From Nitrospirota bacterium (GTDB taxonomy: Bacteria; Nitrospirota; UBA9217), in NCBI GenBank assembly GCA_029858565.1, contig JAOUEV010000025.1:1-47631 (forward strand): a stretch of DNA of 47,631 nt. The letters run 5' to 3'. This document shows positions 1-8,916 of this stretch, piece after piece. Numbering within the stretch: position 1 is the first letter of the stretch; every line of letters starts with the position of its first letter. The position numbers and the translations under genes were made by a program. The notes under the pieces are model-generated. The model searched no databases, had not been told where the DNA came from, and saw only the letters and a program-made list of their open reading frames with translations.

Positions 1-319
1 AATCTGTCCTTCCACCTGCTGCTTTGACCTTTGCTTTCAATCCTTCGCGCAGCTCAACACTCTTCCTGATGAGCTTTTCGAACCGCTGGGGATCGAAATC
101 CACGTTCGTGAGCGTTGAAAAGAGCCCTTTGGTCAGGAAGAGATTCACTTCCTGATCATTGACGCCATGCCCCCGGCCCTCGACCGCGACGAGCGCAAGC
201 CCTTTCATGGAATAGATCAAAAGGTCCTGCAGCGACGAGACCTCCGGGTCCTTACCACATACTCCGATCTTGGTGCATCCCTTGCCGTTTGCAGCCTGTT
301 CGCACTGATAACAGAACAT
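1..319 (-). CDS. hcp: Hybrid cluster protein (hydroxylamine reductase), 5' part; runs off the window edge
   Basis: Manual translation from ATG at 319 gives MFCYQCEQAANGKGCTKIGVCGKDPEVSSLQDLLIY..., the Hcp N-terminal cubane motif. RBS AGGAGG lies upstream. Absent from the ORF track because it has no stop in the window. Confidence 0.95.
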   Translation of the reverse strand, partial: MFCYQCEQAANGKGCTKIGVCGKDPEVSSLQDLLIYSMKGLALVAVEGRGHGVNDQEVNLFLTKGLFSTLTNVDFDPQRFEKLIRKSVELREGLKAKVKAAGGRTD

Positions 320-392
320 TGTTGCCTCCTTGAGTAGATGGTGTTGTTCTCGGTGATGGGAGCCATACTAACTGGAAGGCACAGTGAGCTCA

Positions 393-408
393 TATGACAT
401 GAATCATA
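393..408. promoter_or_regulatory. CRP/FNR-family (HcpR-like) binding palindrome upstream of hcp
   Basis: TATGA-catgaa-TCATA is a perfect 5-6-5 palindrome resembling TGTGA-N6-TCACA. A minus-strand TAGTAT -10 at 369-364 places it near the class II activator position. Confidence 0.7.
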
Positions 409-615
409 ATAGTTGCATAAATGTGAAACTAATAAGATCCGCGGATCCCGCCGAGATCAGGGCGCGTGAGCCTGCCCGGTGTATCCCCGATCACCCTGAA
501 AATCCTTTGACTCTCCAAGGAGCACATGTTATGCATTACAGGGAATTGAGTATCCGGCAGGTCCGGGAATTCCCTGTGCTCGGCACCTCAGGCTGCTCTA
601 TACGTTTAACTATCC

Positions 616-1770
616 ATGATCATCAAGACCACCTGCACACCAGCATCGATGTTCTCCGGCGAGCGGTTCTCGGTCACCTACCGGATCTACGGCGACGAAA
701 AAGAGGCCCGGGCCAAAGCTGAGAGCATCTGCATCGAGCAGACCGTGGAGTTCCCTGCCGAGTGCGTTGGCAAGGGAACGATCCGCGACCATGTTTTCGG
801 CAAGATCGAATCCTTCGAACGCCGTCACGGCGACAGTTTCCACGCGGTCATCAGCTATGCCGTGGAGATCGCCGCAGGCGAGCTGACGCAGCTGCTGAAC
901 GTCATCTTCGGGAACACGAGCATCAAGCCCGGCATCCGCGTTGAACATCTTGACCTTCCCTTTACTCTCACCACAGGGTACCAGGGACCCCGTTTCGGCA
1001 GAAAAGGGCTGCGGGAACTGCTGCGCATCCCCGCCCGTCCTCTTCTCTGTACGGCCATCAAACCCATGGGACTGTCCTGCGACGAGCTCAGCGACATGGC
1101 CTATCACTTCGCGCTCGGCGGCATGGACATGATCAAGGACGACCACGGTCTGACCGATCAGCGCTGCTCGCCCTTTGAAGAACGCGTGAAGAAGTGCGCT
1201 GAAGCGGTCGGGAAAGCGAACAAGGAGACCGCCGGATCGACTATATATGTCGCGAACATTACCGGTCCGAGCAGCAAGATCAGGGATCGGGCGATATTCG
1301 CGAAGAAGGCCGGAGCAGGCGGACTCATGATCGCGCCGGGGCTCGCGGGATTCGACCTTATGCGGGAGCTGGCGGAAGACGACTCGATCGGATTGCCCAT
1401 CCTAACCCACCCGGCCTTCCTGGGAAGCTTCGTGACCGGCCACGGCGGCATGGCGCACGGCGTCATCTTCGGCCAGCTTGCGCGGCTCGCCGGCGCTGAT
1501 GCCACGATCTTTCCCAATTTCGGCGGACGGTTCTCCTTTTCCCGCGATGAGTGCGCCGCGATCGTGCAGGGGACCGTTGAGCCCATGGGCCATCTCCGGA
1601 CGATCTTTCCCGCTCCCGGCGGCGGCATGAGCCTGAGCCGCGTTCCCGAGATGCTCGAGACCTACGGCCGGGACCTTATCTTCCTGATCGGCGGCGGCCT
1701 GTTCCAGCACGGCCCGGACCTGGCGGAGAACTGCAGGCACTTCCGGACGATGGTGGAGAAGATGGAATGA
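616..1770 (+). CDS. RuBisCO-like protein (form IV), probably 5-methylthioribulose-1-phosphate isomerase type; alternative start 649
   Basis: Motifs TAIKPMG, GGMDMIKDDHGL (KDDH rather than KDDE), HPAF, IFPNFGGRF, PAPGGGM and IGGGL. No small subunit gene nearby. Confidence 0.9.
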   Translation: MIIKTTCTPASMFSGERFSVTYRIYGDEKEARAKAESICIEQTVEFPAECVGKGTIRDHVFGKIESFERRHGDSFHAVISYAVEIAAGELTQLLNVIFGNTSIKPGIRVEHLDLPFTLTTGYQGPRFGRKGLRELLRIPARPLLCTAIKPMGLSCDELSDMAYHFALGGMDMIKDDHGLTDQRCSPFEERVKKCAEAVGKANKETAGSTIYVANITGPSSKIRDRAIFAKKAGAGGLMIAPGLAGFDLMRELAEDDSIGLPILTHPAFLGSFVTGHGGMAHGVIFGQLARLAGADATIFPNFGGRFSFSRDECAAIVQGTVEPMGHLRTIFPAPGGGMSLSRVPEMLETYGRDLIFLIGGGLFQHGPDLAENCRHFRTMVEKME

Positions 1771-1819
1771 GACCTGCGCCGCGCTGTCCGCGATCAATCC
1801 CCGTTGCGCCTCTTAGGTG

Positions 1820-1849
1820 TTGACACCTGTTTGTCGAACGGATTAACAT
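1820..1849 (+). promoter_or_regulatory. Putative sigma70 promoter for the yeeE-like gene
   Basis: TTGACA-18 nt-TAACAT. Confidence 0.45.
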
Positions 1850-1927
1850 GCTCCAGCATCATGATTGACGCGGGCAGGGAAGATCGATACGCGATCTGTG
1901 CAATCATCGTCGGGGAGGTTCAGGTCC

Positions 1928-3097
1928 ATGTCGGAGCATCCCTTTGTTTTCCTCGGAGCGGTCTCTCTCCTGCTCGGCCTTGCCGCGGGATTTATCATGC
2001 ATCGGTCAGACTTCTGCATCGCCGGCATATTCCGCGATCTCTTCCTTTTTCGCCGTACAGTGATGATGCGGTCCTTTGTCCTTCTTGTCGTGGCCACCAT
2101 GGCCCTTTTTGAGGCTGCCCGTCTCTTCGGGCTCCTGTCCGCCTATCCCTTTCCGCTCCTCTACGCGCCGTCCGCGGCGAACCTCATCGGCGGCCTCCTC
2201 TTCGGCATCGGCATGGTGCTGGCAGGCGGGTGCGTTGTGGGAACGCTGTACAAGGTCGGAGCGGGCAGCGCGCTCAGCATGACCGCCCTGGCAGGCCTTA
2301 TCATCGGCAGCGGCCTCTATGCCGAGTTCCATCCTGCCTGGGCCGCCTTTGTAAAGCGCACGACCCTTTTTCCGGGCAAGGTCACCATTGCCCAGATCAT
2401 GGGCGTCGATCCATTCATTGTCGTTCTTGTTGTCTTCATTCCTGCCTCACTTCTTCTCCTCTCCTGGCGCCGCCGCGGCGCATTCACCCACCAAGCCTTT
2501 GCCGCCGGTTATCTCCAGCCCTCGCGGGCGGCCTTGCTGCTTGCTCTGATCAGCGCGGCGTCCTATGTCCTTGTCGGCATGCCCCTGGGGGTTACCTCAT
2601 CGTTCACCAAGGCAGCCGGCCTGGTGGAAAGCGTGATACTGGACAGACACTATGAAACGCTGGCGTTCTACAAGGCCATGCCGCTGAATTTCATCCATCG
2701 CCTGACCGGCCCTGAACCGCTGATCGGCGGCGTGGGCCCGAGCTATGACACCCTGGCTGCTATCCAGCTGCCGCTCATTCTCGGCATCATGGCTGGCAGC
2801 GCGGGCTCGGCCCTCCTGCTCGGAGAGTTCCGGTTCACCTGGCGCGTGCCGGCCAGGCAGTATGCGCTCGCGGCCGGCGGAGGCATCATCATGGGACTCG
2901 CCTCCCGCATAGCCCCGACCTGCAACGTCTGGCACCTCATGGGCGGACTGCCGCTGCTGGCAGCCTCAAGCATCCTCTTTCTTATCGGCATTAGCGGCGG
3001 CGCATGGCTCGGCGGTCTGCTTCTTCTCCGGCTCCTCGGTGTCGGCTGCGGCAAGGCAGCAGACGGGCTGTGTGCTCCTCGCCGGCATGGAGCGTGA
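1928..3097 (+). CDS. YeeE/YedE family sulfur-compound (thiosulfate-type) transporter
   Basis: Highly hydrophobic, with conserved Cys motifs RSDFCIAG, GMVLAGGCVVG and RIAPTCNVWH. GGGGAGG precedes ATG 1928. Confidence 0.88.
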   Translation: MSEHPFVFLGAVSLLLGLAAGFIMHRSDFCIAGIFRDLFLFRRTVMMRSFVLLVVATMALFEAARLFGLLSAYPFPLLYAPSAANLIGGLLFGIGMVLAGGCVVGTLYKVGAGSALSMTALAGLIIGSGLYAEFHPAWAAFVKRTTLFPGKVTIAQIMGVDPFIVVLVVFIPASLLLLSWRRRGAFTHQAFAAGYLQPSRAALLLALISAASYVLVGMPLGVTSSFTKAAGLVESVILDRHYETLAFYKAMPLNFIHRLTGPEPLIGGVGPSYDTLAAIQLPLILGIMAGSAGSALLLGEFRFTWRVPARQYALAAGGGIIMGLASRIAPTCNVWHLMGGLPLLAASSILFLIGISGGAWLGGLLLLRLLGVGCGKAADGLCAPRRHGA

Positions 3098-3175
3098 TCA
3101 TATTCGGAAAGGGTTCTGGATATTCCGGTCAACTGCTATAATTCATGACAAAGAAAGGACCGCACAGGATACGGC

Positions 3176-3418
3176 ATGGAAACCATCGAAATAGACATGC
3201 GCGGCCAGCTCTGTCCCGCAACGCTCCTTGTGGCGCTCAAGGAGATCAATGCCCGCGCCTCCCTGCTGCGCAAGGGCGCGGTGAAGCTCTGCTTCCTCAT
3301 TGACAATCGTGACGCGACCGGCACGATCCCCGAGTCAGCCTCCAACATGGGCTATGCCGTGACCGTGGCAAAGCAACCCGAAGGATGGTACCGCATCGAG
3401 GTCGCTGTGCGGACCTAG
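3176..3418 (+). CDS. TusA/YeeD/SirA-like sulfur carrier
   Basis: 80 aa with IDMRGQLCPATL, a variant of the DxRGxxCPxP motif. Follows yeeE. Extended -10 TGCTATAAT at 3134-3142. Confidence 0.88.
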   Translation: METIEIDMRGQLCPATLLVALKEINARASLLRKGAVKLCFLIDNRDATGTIPESASNMGYAVTVAKQPEGWYRIEVAVRT

Positions 3419-3434
3419 TCCCGGGCAACTGTCC

Positions 3435-5957
3435 GTGAACACTACCCAGGAACCTATGCAACCCTCTGAACGACAGCAGCATGCCGACCTCCTCCGGGAG
3501 AACAAAGCGCTCCGCCAAAGAAACGCGGCCGCGATGCAGTATATCCGCCGCAAGGTCGACCAGCTTCTGACGGTGATGGGCACGTCGCCGCTCCGGGCCG
3601 AGGAGCTTGACGACAACACGCTGATCGAGCTCGACCCCATCGGGATCGTCAGCGACTCCTTTGTGCAGGTCCTGCACCACCTCAAGGAAACTAACGATCA
3701 GCTCAAGACAGCCCACGACGAGATCACCGCTATCTTTAAATCGGCCGGCATGGGGATACTGGTGATCGACCGGGACCTGCGCGTTCTCGCATATAACCGC
3801 AAGATCCAGGAACAGTTCTGCGTCACGCAGAACGTCAAGGACTCGGTTACCTGCCGGGAGATCCTCTGCCAGACGGTCAAGGATGAGAATTGTCCGGCGC
3901 GACAGGCAATTCGAAGCGGAACAAGCGTCCGCCGCGAGATGGACCTGGCCGGACGCCGCTTCGACATGATCGCCACGCCGATCCAGGACAAGCAGGGTGC
4001 GGCGTCGCAGGTCGTGCTCGTGTACATGGACCTGACCGACCGCATCCAGGCCCAGGAAGATCTGCGCAGGAGCGAGGAACGCTACCGCGACCTTTTCGAG
4101 AACGCCACGGACCTGATCCAGGTCCTGAACTCCGATGGTTCGATCCAGTATGTCAATCATGCCTGGCAGGAGGCGCTCGGGTATAGGGCCGAGGATCTGG
4201 TCGGCATGTCGATCTTTGACGTCATCCATCCCGATTGCACAGATTGCGGGCCGGAGTTCAAAAGTGTCGTCTGCGGCCACAAAGGCGGCAGGTTCGAGAC
4301 CCTTTTCATCACCAAGGCCCGGAGAACGCTCGTGGTGGAAGGCAACGTAAGCCCCATTGTGGAAAACGGCGTGTTCGTCGGTACCCGCGGCATCTTCCGG
4401 GATATCACCGAGCGAAAACGGTCCGAGACCACTGTGGCAGCCGAGCGGGAGCAGCTTGCCGTTACCCTGCGGAGCATCGGCGATGGAGTTATCACCACCG
4501 ATATCAACGCGCGGGTTGTGCTGATCAACAAAGTAGCCGAACATCTGACCGGTTGGCGGCAGGATGAGGCTGTCGGCAGAACGATCCAGGAGCTGTTCCC
4601 GATCAAGGACGAGAGGACCGGCGCGGACCGCGTCTGCCCGGTGGAGAAGGTGCTCCAGACCGGAACACCCTGCGAACTGGAGGGGAACGCGGTCCTGGTG
4701 GCCCGGGACGGAGCCCGGCACCTCATCACCGACAGCGTCGCGCCGATCCGCGATCGCGACAGCAATGTGAGCGGAGCGGTCCTGGTCTTCCGGGACGTGA
4801 CCGAACGCAAGAAGCTTGAGAACCGGTTGATCAAGTCCGAGAAGATCGAATCTCTCGGCGTACTGGCAGGCGGCATCGCCCATGACTTCAACAACCTCCT
4901 GAACTCCATCATCGCCAATATCGACATTGCTACACGCCTTGTCAAGCCTGACAGCGACGTACAGCAGAGCCTCCAGCGCGCCCAGAAGGCGTCCACCAAG
5001 GCCAAGGAGCTCACTCAGCAGCTCCTGACCTTTTCCAAGGGCGGCGCTCCGGTCAAGAGGCTGGCTTCCATCGCGGACCTGATCCGCGACACGGCGGACT
5101 TCGGCGCCCGGGGCACCAATGTGCGGTGCCAGTATGACTTTGCCCCTGATCTCTGGAACGCAGAGGTCGATGAGGGCCAGATCAGCCAGGTGATCCAGAA
5201 CCTTGTCATCAACGCGGTCCAGGCCATGCCCCAGGGCGGGACGATAGAGATCGCTGCCCGCAACCTTGAGTTCGGCAGAATGACATCCCCGGCGCTCGGA
5301 CCGGGACACTATGTGATGATCACCGTGCGCGACCACGGCCATGGCATTCCTCCGGAGAACCTGAACCGGATCTTTGAACCCTATTTCACCACAAAATCCA
5401 CAGGCAGCGGACTTGGCCTGGCCACGACCTACTCGATCGTCAAAAAACATGACGGCGCGATCGATGTGGAGTCTTCGCTCGGGAACGGCACGATCTTCTC
5501 CCTGTACCTTCCCGCCACGCTGGCCGCGGCTGCCCCTGTTGAGCGCTCTGCAGCGCCGCTCCCCCGGCAAGAGCAGAGCGGCAGGATCCTGGTCATGGAC
5601 GATGATGAGCTGGTCAGGGAGACAGCGGGCGTGCTCCTGGACCTGCTCGGTTATCAGGCGGACTTCGCTGTTGACGGCGAGCGTGCCCTGGAACTATATC
5701 AGCAAGCGCAGCAGGCCGGCGCTCCCTTTGACGCCGTCATCATGGACCTGACGATACCCGGCGGAAAAGGCGGACTCGCAACGATCCGCCAGCTCCTCAA
5801 GATCGATCCCCAGGCCCGGGCCATTGTGTCGAGCGGATACTCCACCGACGCGGTCATGGCGAACTACAGCCAGCACGGTTTCTCCGGGATCGTGGTCAAG
5901 CCCTATACGCTCGATGAATTGGGAGATGAACTGCAGCGGGTGCTTGGAAAGAAGTGA
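3435..5957 (+). CDS. Multi-PAS hybrid sensor histidine kinase/response regulator
   Basis: Three PAS/PAC-like segments, H-box GGIAHDFNNLL, N-box NLVINA, G boxes DHGHGI and GSGLGL, and a C-terminal REC domain (MDDD...IMDLTIP...KPY). Confidence 0.95.
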   Translation: MNTTQEPMQPSERQQHADLLRENKALRQRNAAAMQYIRRKVDQLLTVMGTSPLRAEELDDNTLIELDPIGIVSDSFVQVLHHLKETNDQLKTAHDEITAIFKSAGMGILVIDRDLRVLAYNRKIQEQFCVTQNVKDSVTCREILCQTVKDENCPARQAIRSGTSVRREMDLAGRRFDMIATPIQDKQGAASQVVLVYMDLTDRIQAQEDLRRSEERYRDLFENATDLIQVLNSDGSIQYVNHAWQEALGYRAEDLVGMSIFDVIHPDCTDCGPEFKSVVCGHKGGRFETLFITKARRTLVVEGNVSPIVENGVFVGTRGIFRDITERKRSETTVAAEREQLAVTLRSIGDGVITTDINARVVLINKVAEHLTGWRQDEAVGRTIQELFPIKDERTGADRVCPVEKVLQTGTPCELEGNAVLVARDGARHLITDSVAPIRDRDSNVSGAVLVFRDVTERKKLENRLIKSEKIESLGVLAGGIAHDFNNLLNSIIANIDIATRLVKPDSDVQQSLQRAQKASTKAKELTQQLLTFSKGGAPVKRLASIADLIRDTADFGARGTNVRCQYDFAPDLWNAEVDEGQISQVIQNLVINAVQAMPQGGTIEIAARNLEFGRMTSPALGPGHYVMITVRDHGHGIPPENLNRIFEPYFTTKSTGSGLGLATTYSIVKKHDGAIDVESSLGNGTIFSLYLPATLAAAAPVERSAAPLPRQEQSGRILVMDDDELVRETAGVLLDLLGYQADFAVDGERALELYQQAQQAGAPFDAVIMDLTIPGGKGGLATIRQLLKIDPQARAIVSSGYSTDAVMANYSQHGFSGIVVKPYTLDELGDELQRVLGKK

Positions 5958-6023
5958 ACGAATTGCGAGCTATTATCTGGTCGGTGGCAGAAGTTCATCT
6001 AGCCGGGCTGGCAAGGGTGATGA

Positions 6024-6776
6024 TCACTTGATGCCCCGGGTGACCTCTTCATGGATGAACTGCCTGATATACTCCTGGTCGTGCGACGCGATCTCCTTGA
6101 AAAGTAATCCCATTCCCGGCTCGCGAAAGGGCCCCTCCCCGAAACGGTGGCTATAGCGCACCTCGGCAGTAAGAGGGATCGCGCGTCCTTTTATCATGAG
6201 CGTGACCGAGATCAGGGATTTCACCGGAGACGGCCGGAGCGTCCGGATGTACATGCCGTGCTCCGACAGGACCGACGCGCACTCGCCTTCAACGCAATCC
6301 AGAGGTTTCCCGTTCACCGTGACCGGCAGTTTGGTCTGGATCCTGATGTTCGCGCGCGGCACAGGCTCGGTCAAAGCCTGGACCGTGCGATACAGGTCTT
6401 CAGCCTGCAGGGGCTTGTGAAGACAGGCCCGAAAGCCCGCGCGGAGGTAGGTCGCCGGATCAGCTCCATTGGTGAGCTGTCCGATAACAGGGGTGGACGC
6501 TGTTTGCGGGTTCAAGCGCAGGTGCTCAAGAAGATGAAAGGCGCCTCTACCCGGAAGGTCCACATCGGTGATGACCAAAGCAGGCACCGCAACCGCCAGA
6601 TTTTCAAGGGCTTCGACAATGCTGCCCGAAGCGAGGATGCGGTAATTGAAGCGCTGCAGCTGCATGGCCAGTATGAATCGATGCTGGGGGTCCCGGTCAA
6701 CAACAGCGAGAAAACGCTGCTGACGCCCCTCTCCGTTCTGCGCTGTTATCTTGTTCTCTTCCGGTTTCATGTACAT
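6024..6776 (-). CDS. Response regulator receiver plus PilZ domain protein; start uncertain
   Basis: N-terminal REC (VVDRD, ITDVDLP, HKP). C-terminal RxxxR (RANIR), LSEHGMYI and PGMGLLF are typical of PilZ. Confidence 0.8.
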   Translation of the reverse strand: MYMKPEENKITAQNGEGRQQRFLAVVDRDPQHRFILAMQLQRFNYRILASGSIVEALENLAVAVPALVITDVDLPGRGAFHLLEHLRLNPQTASTPVIGQLTNGADPATYLRAGFRACLHKPLQAEDLYRTVQALTEPVPRANIRIQTKLPVTVNGKPLDCVEGECASVLSEHGMYIRTLRPSPVKSLISVTLMIKGRAIPLTAEVRYSHRFGEGPFREPGMGLLFKEIASHDQEYIRQFIHEEVTRGIK

Positions 6777-6998
6777 CCTCAGTTCCGCCAAAAGAAATAA
6801 TAACGTCCGATATGGTACCACAGCAGTCCATGGCCACGCAAACGATCCAGCAGGGTATCTTTCGGGTATTCCCTGCCCCCCCCTGGCCATGTTCCGCCCT
6901 GTCTTGACCTCATTGCCGTGAACAAGCGATTATTCTATTGATCAGCTTGCGCTTTCCGGGCAGGTGTATTATCCTTTTCACAAAGGAGGTTCGCGCTC

Positions 6999-7607
6999 AT
7001 GACCATCCCTATCACGATCTATTCCGACTATATCTGACCATTCTGCTTCATCGGCGAAGGCGTCGTCGAAAAGCTGAAGCAGGAGTTCGATCTCACTGTG
7101 GACTGGATCGGCATCGAGATCCATCCCGAGACGCCGGCAGGCGGCAGGCCGCTCACGGAGCTCTTTCCCGCGGCCGACATCAAGCGAATGACAAATCATC
7201 TCCGCACCATGGCTGCGCCCTTTGGCATCACCTTCGCGGATTTTGCCAATCTGCCGAACAGCCGCAATGCCCATCTTGCCGCGGAATACGCCCGGGCGCA
7301 AGGGAAATTCCCGGAACTTCACGCTTCCCTATTCTCCGCCTACTTCTCCGAAGGCCTCGACATCAGCGATCTGGAAATTCTCGCTGAACTTGCAAAGGAC
7401 GCAGGACTGGACAGCGCCGAGCTGGTGAGGTCGATCCAGCAGGGAACATTCAGCGAAAAGCTCAGCCAGGCTCAGAAAAAAGCAAAGGACCACGATGTGT
7501 CCGGCGTGCCCGCGTTCTTTATCGGTGACAAAGAGCGGATCATGGGGGCTCAGCCGATCGAGGTGTTTCGGAAGGTGCTGAAGACGATCGAGTCAAACCG
7601 TAGCTGA
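6999..7607 (+). CDS. DsbA/FrnE-like oxidoreductase, predicted selenoprotein (UxxC)
   Basis: AAGGAGGT RBS, then ATG 6999: MTIPITIYSDYI-TGA(7035-7037)-PFCFIG, in frame with ORF 7098..7607 (GVPAFF, GAQP). The TGA occupies the first Cys of CPxC. Confidence 0.9.
7041..7084 (+). other. Bacterial SECIS-like hairpin
   Basis: CTGCTTCA/TGAAGCAG lower stem, TCGGCGA/TCGTCGA upper stem, and AGGCG loop starting 21 nt after the UGA. Confidence 0.75.
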
Positions 7608-7666
7608 CGAACCGCAGGGGCGGAGAATACAGCATCAACACCCCTGATAGTTCAAGGAAGTCCGCC

Positions 7667-8054
7667 ATGAAACAGCTTGAGAAGTATACGAACGAGATTT
7701 ATGCCATGCTTCGGATCCTTTCGGGATTTATGTTTTCGCTCCACGGCTTTCAGAAGATCTTCGGCCTTCTCTGCGGCATGCAGCGTGCTATCGGATCGCT
7801 GCTCTGGATAGGCGGTGTTATAGAGATGATCGGCGGCATCCGGATCATGGTCGGGCTCCAGACCCGCAGGGGCTGCCTTCATCTGCAGCGGCCAGATGGC
7901 GTTTGCCTATTTCCAGTTCCACTGGAAGTTTTAGATGGGAGAAGCCTTCTTCCCGGTGGTGACCAAGGGTGAGCTTGCCGCGCGGTACTGCTTCGTGTTC
8001 CTGCTCATTGCGACCAAGGGCACGGTCCTGTGGGGAATTGACAAGAAGGATTGA
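7667..8054 (+). pseudogene. DoxX family membrane protein, frameshifted with an internal TAG
   Basis: LRILSGFMFSLHGFQKIFG...GLQTR, then a frame change near 7868 to AAFICSGQMAFAYFQFHWKF*MGEAFFPVVTKGELAARYCFVFLLIA...WGIDKKD*. Confidence 0.8.
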
Positions 8055-8316
8055 AAGGCTACGATCACCGGTACGCCTGCAGGACTTCATGTTCTGCAGG
8101 CATTCTTTTTTCTTGCGACCCCGCAGTAGTTATAGTATCCTTGCTTTACTAATTCCAGACCCGTCGCAGGACTGAAGCAGGAACCCCCTCTTTTAATAGA
8201 TAATCCAGATTGATGGAACGGACACGACGAACTATCAGGGTGTAGGTTATTCTGAAAATCCACCTTGTCCATTCGTTATAGCCAAAAAAGAACACGACGA
8301 GCACCAGGAGGCCACG

Positions 8317-8916
8317 GTGAAGTGGATATATTCGATATGTTTTATAATAATTTGCTGTGCTGCTCATCCGCTTACCGCATACGCAGAATTTCTCGGACCC
8401 TATTCCGGCACGGTATACGACTCAACATCCGGTAAACCCATCGAGGGGGCATCAGTACTTTTTTATTGGATGAAGAGAGTGCCTCACTTCGAGATTGTAA
8501 CCGAGCTTATAGACACGAAGCTGACGCGTACAAATGCTAAGGGCACCTACGAGCTGTCGATAGCATTAGCAAGTACAGGCTTGCTCGAAGCCCTTGACTC
8601 CACACATGTGCTGATCTATGAACCGGGATACAAAGTATATATAAAGATGATCGATCATGATAATCCTTACGCAAAATCCGATCCGGAATTTCGAAACCGC
8701 AATAATGTGGTCAAACTCGAGCGCATCCCGCCCGATTTCGATCACAAAGCTCATTGCGAGCGAATAGAGCAAGCCTTGTGGAGTTTGGAACGCCAGTCGC
8801 ATTCGGAGGACAAGGGTGTGAGTGGGTTCGGGAGAAGCATGCCCTTTGAAAAGGGGCTGTTTCTCAGGCGCGTAGAATGGGAGAAGCGCAGGCAACTGAG
8901 GGAGGGTCGCAAGTGA
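8317..8916 (+). CDS. Secreted hypothetical protein with carboxypeptidase-regulatory-like (beta-sandwich) domain
   Basis: Signal-peptide-like N-terminus; YSGTVYDSTSGKPIEGASV...TNAKGTY...PGY pattern. Confidence 0.7.
   Translation: MKWIYSICFIIICCAAHPLTAYAEFLGPYSGTVYDSTSGKPIEGASVLFYWMKRVPHFEIVTELIDTKLTRTNAKGTYELSIALASTGLLEALDSTHVLIYEPGYKVYIKMIDHDNPYAKSDPEFRNRNNVVKLERIPPDFDHKAHCERIEQALWSLERQSHSEDKGVSGFGRSMPFEKGLFLRRVEWEKRRQLREGRK

Noticed and set aside
616-1770. True RuBisCO / Calvin cycle
   Set aside because: KDDH motif, altered loop 6, short length, and no rbcS or prk nearby indicate form IV.
3297-5570. 757-aa minus-strand ORF
   Set aside because: Antisense shadow of the histidine kinase, typical of high-GC coding DNA; no motifs.
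7932-7934. In-frame TAG in doxX as pyrrolysine or readthrough
   Set aside because: The gene also has a frameshift and other degenerate changes, so it is a pseudogene.
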